In this document: positions 56,435 to 64,000 of the stretch, one piece after another | Layout: each line of letters begins with the position of its first letter | Position numbering within the stretch: position 1 is the stretch's first letter | Assembly: GCA_036172245.1 (NCBI GenBank) | Contig: JAYWIR010000022.1 | Span: forward strand, 1,488,001 to 1,552,000 | Direction of reading: 5' to 3' | Source: Raillietiella orientalis | Taxonomy: Eukaryota | Length of the DNA: 64,000 nucleotides | The notes under the pieces: model-generated | What the model saw: only the letters and a program-made list of their open reading frames with translations | The model's database searches: none | Told to the model about the DNA's origin: nothing | Position numbers and translations under genes: made by a program

Positions 56435-59400
56435 CTAGCGACTGCCATCAAGTGGTGAGCGTGCCTTCCGCATGCGCTGCTGCTGGGTAGCTCTGCGCTC
56501 ACCAAGGGCCATGCGCGTCGCGAGCGAGACAGGGTTACCCGAAGGCCCTCGGCAACGAGAGCGGTGTCGGAACCGTCCTCTCGAAACGCGAAGTCTGTGT
56601 TTCGGGCTTCGGAGCCTCATGGGATGCGACGGGTATCCAAGCAGCGGAGTGAGGCACTCTTTTTTTCCGTGGCCTGCTCGGGAAAGACAGGGATCACACA
56701 TCGGAAAAGAAGGAGGGATAGAGGGAAAACCAAAAAGATGGCCACGAGGGCGGGCGGGCATCGCGGCTGCTTGCTGCCCAATGAACGGCGCGCTTCTCAT
56801 CTCAACGTTTTATTTCTCGGCACGCGATACTTGCCTGACGAGGATGCGAATTCGCGTATCGGGGCACTGCCTAGGTCCTCCAGGACCTTCCGTGACCTGG
56901 ATGGCATGTCGGGCAACAAGGGCATGGCGTGAGGGGTGAACTCGTCGTTTGCTTGCGGGGAGAAGTCGGCCAGGCGGTCGTACAGGGAGTCGGCGTAGTC
57001 CTCGGACGGGAACATGGACGCGATCCGGTCGATGCTGCGGTCCTCCTCCATCAGTCTGCAAGGGTCGTACGGGCTGCCTCCAGGGAGCCTCGCCGCCCTG
57101 TCCAGCAGTCCCTGAGAGGAGGAGGCGTTCCTGCTGCGCGCGTGCCTTCCGCCGCCGGTGTCGCCGCGCCTGGGGGTCGCCGCGGGCGCCGCCTTCCCCG
57201 AGGCGGAGAACTCGCCGCCATGCAGGATGTCGTCGATGGAGCGGAACACGCCGCCTTCGTACGCGCCGCTAGCGAAGTGCGCCGCTAGACCGCCGCCCAC
57301 GCTTCCTCCTCCCCCGCAGCAGTACTTCTTGCCCTCGGCGGACTCGCGCATCTGGGAGAGGCGCTGCAGCTCCTCGTGCAGCCGCAGGTTTTCCTTGATC
57401 TGCTTGCGCCTCCTGGCGATCTCCGCCTTGATGGACTGCTTCTTCTCCTCCCTGGAGAAGTGGTCGTAGTCCTCGTCGCTGCCGCAAGGGGACGGGTGCC
57501 ACGACCTCGGCTTCCGCCCCCCTCCGGGACGGGTCGCCTTGAAGCTGCTCCGCCGGCGAGGCTGGTAATCCCTCCCCGCGGGGTCGAAGCCGCCCTCGCC
57601 GCACTCCAGGCCGTCGCTGAACCGGCGCAGCTGGAACGACCTGGAACGAACAGAACAAGGAGGGCTACAGTGCCCTCTTTCGACCCTCGTTCCCGAAGGG
57701 GCAATCCCTGCAATGGTGATGGCCAGCGGTGGTGCATGCGGTGCTCAGCGCTGACGAAGGAGAGGGGGACGAGTTGGAAAAACACCCACCCCCCGCATGC
57801 GCGTGCGTGGGATCCTCCCCCCTCCTTCCCTTCCCTCTTCCACTTCTCCAATGCGCTTCTCTCCTCCCAACTTCCTTCTGCGACAGCAGGGGGAAGTTGG
57901 GAGGAGAGAAGGATGGAAGTTGTCCTCGGGACGGGTGGAGGGCAGGGGGGAACGGACGGACGGACTTCCAGGGAGGAAATCCCCGAACTCCCGGCGAAGC
58001 GCGAGGGGGCGTTACCCAGAGTCGGAGAGGCGCTGACTGATCTCCTCGTCGTCATCGTACGCATCGGAGGCTTCGGGATGCTGAGAGCAGCTTCTCTCCA
58101 TGTGAAAATATGGAATGGATGCGTCTCTCGGAGGAAGATCGCCGCCGGAGGTTCCTCTGCCGTCGATGGACTCGAACTCGTAGGCTTTGGGCGAGTACAC
58201 CCGGTCACTGACCTGGGAGTGGGAGGCGTTTCGAAGAGGTTGGTTGCGGTTCCCTCCCCCCTCCCTCCTTCCCCTTTTCCTCCCCGAGACACTCACGTCC
58301 TCCTCCGCCGCCGCTACCGTATGCGGGAATTCCTTGCTCAGCGAATGGGACGCGTGGATCCGGGAATCTGAGAGTTGTCTCCTATGCATTTTCCGAAGGC
58401 CACTGCGGCCGCTGCACCTCGAGATGCCTTCTGGGCTCCCCGACGCGTGGCGCCTTGGCAGCGAGGAGGATCCTGAACTGGAAGATCGCAACGGGGAAAG
58501 GAGGGAGGAAAGAGTTTTCTGGAACACGCGGAACGAAAGGGGAGAACGGTCCCTGGCGACCTTCTAAGAACCGAGGACCTTCCCAGCAGGGGGAGGAACC
58601 GAGGAGAGAGAAGTGTAGTTCCTCGCGGAAGAGAGGTCTAGGATCTTCCACCTGCAATGGAAGATCTCTGACCTTCCCGAGAGGGCGGGAAGACCTGAAG
58701 CGCCATCAAGGAGCGTGAGCGCGCGCGGCAACCGGAAAGCGTGGCCGGGTACTCAGGTCAATCAGCTCGCAAGGTTCACGGCGACGAACAGAGAACCGGA
58801 AGACGGACGGGTGCTGCTGCTGCTGATGGGAAGGACGTTCCCTCGCTGCGGCATCTCCGTCAACCTCGTCGCCACCGCCGACTGCGCAAACCGCTGCCCT
58901 GAATCCGTCCGGGGACACCGCGACGCCGCTCCCGACCCCCCATCGCCCGACTCCTTCCCTGCGGAGATCGGACCGCCCAGCTCGCCTTCATCAGCTCCCA
59001 CACTTCGACCACCAACCTGCTCGATCGGTTCCACCTGATGTCGATGTCGCTCGCCTTGTACTTCGGGAAGATGGCGTGGCGGTTCACCTTCTCATCCCGC
59101 GTCAGGGAACCTCCTGGCTTGGACAGACTTCTGGAACCGGTCATATGCATGGTCTAGCAAAACCAGAGATCCTTCTTATTCATCGACCGGAGAGGAGGGA
59201 GAAGAAATTGGGGAGGAGGGGGGAGGAGGGGGGAAGCTGGAAAAAAAAGAAGCCCCCCCCCCTCCAAAAAAAAGGGCACGAGGGAAGCTGCGTTGGCAAA
59301 CAGAGAAGAAGATGCGAACGAGGATCTTTATTGTCTGGAGTCTCTTCAAGATTAAGAGGCTGCTAATAGTGGTAGTAGTAGTAGTGGTATCTATTGACCT

Positions 59401-62400
59401 GTTGACCATCAGGAGAAGACGTGGCGGGCAGTTGAGCCGCAGGCGAGCCGCCTTCCCTGTTCAATAGGTGGTGCAGATCCGCGGGGAGGATAGACACAAG
59501 GGAATCGCGCAAGGAATCCTTGGCACTCCTGTTCCCTGTGGCTGACGCCAACAGATCGGACGCGGCGGTTCGGACGTCGGCGATGCTCTTTCCGGATATG
59601 CTGGTCACCGAGGAGCCTGAAAAGCAAATAGAGCAGAAGTATCTTTCAAGGACGGAAGTTCTTCAGGAGCTACACCTTCAAAAGCGGGACGCAGGATTGC
59701 CGCCGCAGGGAGACTGGCGCGTCATTGGTCGACCTTGAAGACTCGGAAGCAAAGGGGAAAAGAAGAGAGAAAGGAGTGGACTGGAGGCGGCACTGCGCCG
59801 TCATGCGAGACGAACAATTGGTCCGGAAAGGTTCAGAGGAAGAGCTAGAGGATATCGGCCATTTTTCTCAAGTAGCGGAGGGATTATCCCGTGGCCCTCA
59901 AAACGTTCGTCGCTTCCATCTTGTGCACTCATATCTGTCGATGCGCGCACTTGCGCACAGTTCTCCAGAATCCCGCTCTTGGAAAATGCTATCCGGCACA
60001 CGCTAGCCACTTTTTGGGGCTGCTCTAGGCGGCCGGCAGAGCAGGCTTTCTGGAATTCCTATGATTCGCTTGTTTCCTGATCGGTCCCGGAGGGAAGAAA
60101 CAATTGGAATTCACTCAGCCTGCGGGATCTCTCAATTGGAGTTGCTGTTCGCGAGTCCTGGGAAAGCACCTCCTGAATCGCAGAGAAACTTTTCGTAGGC
60201 TTCCTAGGGAAGCTCTGAATGCGACTTCGTCATGGTAGCTGAAGGTTCGTTTCGGGTGCTCCTCGAGGCAAAATGGAACTGCAAAACCCCTGAATATTTG
60301 CTTCCTTTCTTCTTCCCGCGTTCAGCCTCACCATCACTGGCAATTAGAGGCTCTCTCCTGATAATGTTCCAAGCTCATCCTCGAATCTCGCATCCACTTT
60401 TCCCGCTGTCGTCGAATGAGTCGCTCTTTCTCTTCCTTCGCCGCTGTAGTTTCCCGAAAACGCATCTCTATCTTACAGGAAGCTGCAGAGACCAGCTTCT
60501 TAATAGATTTGCTGATCTCTCGGGGTTTCCATCTACGAAACCTCTGGAGATGAAGCCTAATTCTTCCTTTTTTCCTTCTTCTATCCATGTTCCTGAGAGC
60601 ATCCGATGCAGAGTTCCTCGATTCTGCTCCTACGGTGTCCACATAGAAAAAGCAATTGGGAAGCCAAGAGTATGCGTACGAGTGTCCTCGAGGCAGAACA
60701 GAGTCCCAGTAGGAAAAGAACCGATTCTTGCAAGGAAAGAACAGATTGTTCCCTTTACCCGAAGATCGTGGGACATGATGTCGCATCACCATAGCTACAA
60801 CGGCGATTCGTAGGAGTTTCGTGACTTCACGAGCTCTTGGACTAAGCAACGGACGATAACACCAATGGCTAGACTACTCAATGGAGCCGAGAATAGATAT
60901 CAAGGTCGTAAAAAACGCCAGGGAGAGGCCGGAGTGGGAAGAGAATGGAGGCGGCTCTCTCGAAACCCGGGGCAGCGAATTCTGCAAAGAGCAACGCAAC
61001 CGAGCGTTTCCGCGCACGCTTAGGTGGAGGTGAGTTCAAGGGCGAAACGATCGATTCCGGGAATACATCCTAAGAAAGTGAAAGTAGCCCACGGGCAAGA
61101 GAGTACGAGAGAGAGAAGGAAAGGAAGAAAAAAAAGCAAAGCACCCTGACGCGGTTCCATCGTACGTGGTGTACTCCGAGAGAAGTTTGGCAGGTCAGGG
61201 GGAGGGGTGAAAGAGCGAACCACGCCGTATGCGGGCGTGGGTGGACGATGGCTACCGTCTTGTGTGAGCGCTTGGAGACGTCTCCTTTGTTTGCATAGGG
61301 GCAGTCACGGTTCCTGTCAGCGCACCAATGCATCGTTTCGCTCACCGTTCGCCAAAGCGTCTTCGGCACCGTGATATCCCCCCCGCTTCCCCCTTCCCTC
61401 GGCAGCGCCGGGAAGCTCATCCACTCCGCGACTACGAGACGGAGTCGGCGGCTTCGAGAAACCGACGCTGGAACCGACCAGCGAGGGACCAGGCCTTCGA
61501 GCTGTCGGTCTACTCTGAGAAGCCGAAGACGAGGGGTGCGTGCGCGTGCTTCTGGAAGCGGGCAAACTTCTCACCTTGAAGGAGGCCCATCGCTGATTCC
61601 GGCCTGGAGAGAGGGACGTCGGCCTCCTGAAGCAGCTTGCGCAGGTTGGACTCGCTGGAGCTGGGCCGGGCCAGGACCAATGTGTCGATCGTGCTCTTGG
61701 TCCTCTTCGGTAGTTTCCCTGCGTCTTTCACGTGCTTGGAAACGCCGGACCTCTGCCTGAAAGATCATTCCCGAACACCTTGTGAGCTGCTCTTTCCTCA
61801 GGAGTTTGGGATGGAATGAATGGGGATGAATCATCCACTGGGGGTGATGAGTAAAGGGTGGAAGGGGAAGAGGCATCCCTCCTGTTTCCTCGAGTTCCTC
61901 CCGATTAGCAATAGCCTCCCTCAGAATGCGGTCGCGAGAGATTATATCCTTTCTTTTTCGATTCATTCCTTCTCTTCCCTTCCTCCCAAGCGGAGGTGAA
62001 GGACGCTCGAGCGGGAGAATGTCCCTGCCTTGGAACTCCAGGGATCAGTAATTTTGTTTGACTTGGAAGCTGAGCCCCGTCCCTAAATCTGAATATTCCC
62101 TGCGGAAAGGTCACCTAGCTTTCTTCCCGTTTCTACGACTGCGCAAGCGATCTTTCCCCTTTCGGGGTCTTTTCCTTTGCAAATGCCCTTGGTTCCATGA
62201 TCACTGTTCTGTATTGTGGGTGTGGACAGGGGCCTGAGGAAGGACGAACAAAGGGCGTAAATCCAGTCTTTTGGAGTGCTCCCTCCCTTCGGACTCCGAA
62301 CGTCCAGCGAGATCTCCTCTTTCTACCAAGGAGGAGGAGAACAGCCGCAAAGAGTACAACTACAGGGGAGACGGGAGGAGGAAGGGCAGGGGCAGGGACT

Positions 62401-63006
62401 AGGAAATAAGGAGGCTTTCTCCTGATCCCCGCTCCTCCGATGCATTTTCTGCTTTCCATGTTTTTGCCTGCAGTGCTGGCTCCAGGGCAAGGAGGTTGTG
62501 AGCAAGAAAATGGTAAAACAGGAGAAGAGAAGGGAAGAGGAGGGACCGATGTTCTGCACAAGCAAGGAGGGCTGATGATTGTGGGAGGGGAAGGTCAAAG
62601 GTCGTGGGGTTATGGAGACACCAGACCCCTATGCGCCTTCTGTGTGGCGGCAGCGATCCACCCTTCCAGCAGCTTCCTTCCGGTCATTGTTTCCTCCCCT
62701 TCTGGGACGCCTCTGAGATCTTCTCTTCGCCGAGGAGGGAACCATAAGGGTGTAGGGAGGTAATGCACTAGCAGGAAGAGGAATCGGATCCCACCCCAGC
62801 TCACCTCACTTTGTCCGCGGGAGAGTGCTTATGCTTGTCCCTCTTCCTCCCTTCCTGTTCCGCGGGCAGGAGCGGCAGCCTCCTTCGGATTCGAAAGGAC
62901 TTCTGGCTATCAGTCTCACTCAGGGTGTCCGACGAGTCGTAGTCCCTGGACAGGGATTTCGACGGCGTGACGGGGGCGCTGTGAGGAGTTCCGAACGACG
63001 AGCCTC
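56435..63006 (-). CDS. 3' part of an intact, largely disordered protein with a coiled coil and SH3-ligand motifs (synaptic active-zone scaffold-like); 5' end not resolved in this window
   Basis: Phase-consistent, stop-free exons 63006-62805, 61756-61575, 61501-61346 (probable), 59616-59399, 59153-59017, 58477-58297, 58212-58016, 57640-56835, then read-through to the stop at 56797 or a GC-AG splice to 56673-56435. Motifs HSAPVTPSK, DSSDTLSETDSQKS, RRRLPLLP, RPESAMGLL, RKPRSWHPSP, EEKKQSIKAEIARRRKQIKENLRLHEEL, MPLLPDMPSRSRKVLEDLGS. Strong GC3 bias in the large exon. Confidence 0.8.
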
Positions 63007-64000
63007 CTTGGAAAGAGAGAGAGATGGGATGAGCTTAGTGGCATCCAGAGCGCAGCCGCTGTTGCTCTGCAGAGGAGGAGGGTCTGGCCAGGCCCTGCTC
63101 CACTTTCTGCGTTCTTCAAAAACTACTTCTGAAGATTGCGGCCTCGAGGGATAGGCCGTGTCGCGAGAGTCTTCTGGGAGTATCGTCACTCTCCGGGAAG
63201 AAACCGGGAACTACAGAGCTCAGAAAGGCCTCTACCCCGAGTTCTTCTCTCGTTCCCTACTCCTCGGAAGAAGAAAAGGGAGAGAACTCTGGAAGTCATT
63301 TCGAGTTCTCTTGGAACCCCTCTTTCCGGAAGGAAGGGGTTTCCAGGGACAGGAAGGAGAAAGAATGGAGGGGATGGAGGAGTGATCCCTGGATGATAGC
63401 TATACTCCAGGGAATGCGTTTCTTTTTCCCTTCTCATTACATTTGTAGTTCACGGGAAGCGGTGGTGACAGATAAGATGGGAGAGGTTCCTGCCTCTCCT
63501 GAGGATGCCGCTGCTCGGCAGCTCCCAAGTGTACTCATGTGCTCGCCAAGAGTGGTCCATGAGTCTTCCAGCTAGGGGGAAGAGCTGATTCTTTCTCCCT
63601 TGAAAGTTTTCACCGTCCCCCAGCATCCTCCTAGGTGTCTCGCATTCCCTGTCTCGCCTTCCTTTCTCCTCCTTGCTTCCTCATTCCCTAGCACCTCCAC
63701 TTTCGCCTCACGGCCTTACTCCCTTCTGGTGACTGGTGGCTCCTCCCTTCACAGGGGAATAGGAGGAGGCGACGGCGACGTGTCTCGGCGTCCAGCGCGT
63801 CGGCAAAGCAACACCAGGAGGCCACAGGAGCGTGAAGGATCGGAACGCGACGTCAGACCAAGCACCATCACTGCCGCGCCGAAGAAAGATAGAAGAGCGA
63901 CGAGGCTCGAGGAGATTCTGAGTCTGCCAGAGGAGGAGGAAGAGGATGAGAGGTACAAAAGGGATCCAAGCTCGACTCGCACCGCCTCTCTTTCCAAGAC

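Noticed and set aside
57285..58371. The two long ORFs (335 aa - and 331 aa +) in the ORF track
   Set aside because: Off-frame or antisense shadows of GC-rich real exons that cross introns; the true frame is the spliced minus-strand one.
63716..63870. Possible further upstream exon of the scaffold-like gene
   Set aside because: The open frame ends in phase 0 while the next exon needs phase 1; cannot be placed without the next window.

Overview
Eukaryotic, most likely arthropod, nuclear DNA with a two-state composition. The AT-rich, CpG-poor parts hold intact spliced genes with many 39-56 nt introns: Integrator subunit 4 (+, 820-6533), a GCK-III/STK24-25-26 kinase (+, 28455-32125) and mitochondrial aconitase (-, 40054-32737). 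Between them lie an uncharacterised multipass membrane-protein gene (-, 11295-7640) and a single-domain rhodanese gene (+, 13021-17436). The most notable feature is in the rhodanese gene. It has two tandem, homologous, frame-incompatible versions of the exon encoding the active-site loop. One carries the catalytic Cys (VFSCRSNRRS) and the other lacks it (LILFGQGPNQG), which implies a mutually exclusive splice switch between an enzyme and a pseudo-enzyme. The GC-rich blocks (~21.4-26.8 kb and ~44-64 kb) contain the 3' part of one intact low-complexity scaffold-like gene (-, ~63006-56435, with a candidate GC-AG last intron). They also contain much decayed, intron-containing gene debris, including a recognisable FMNL/FRL formin pseudogene and a probable ADAMTS pseudogene. 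A 198-bp CAC-terminated MITE-like element and a 128-nt foldback are also present. All family assignments come from manual translation and remembered motifs; no database search was run.
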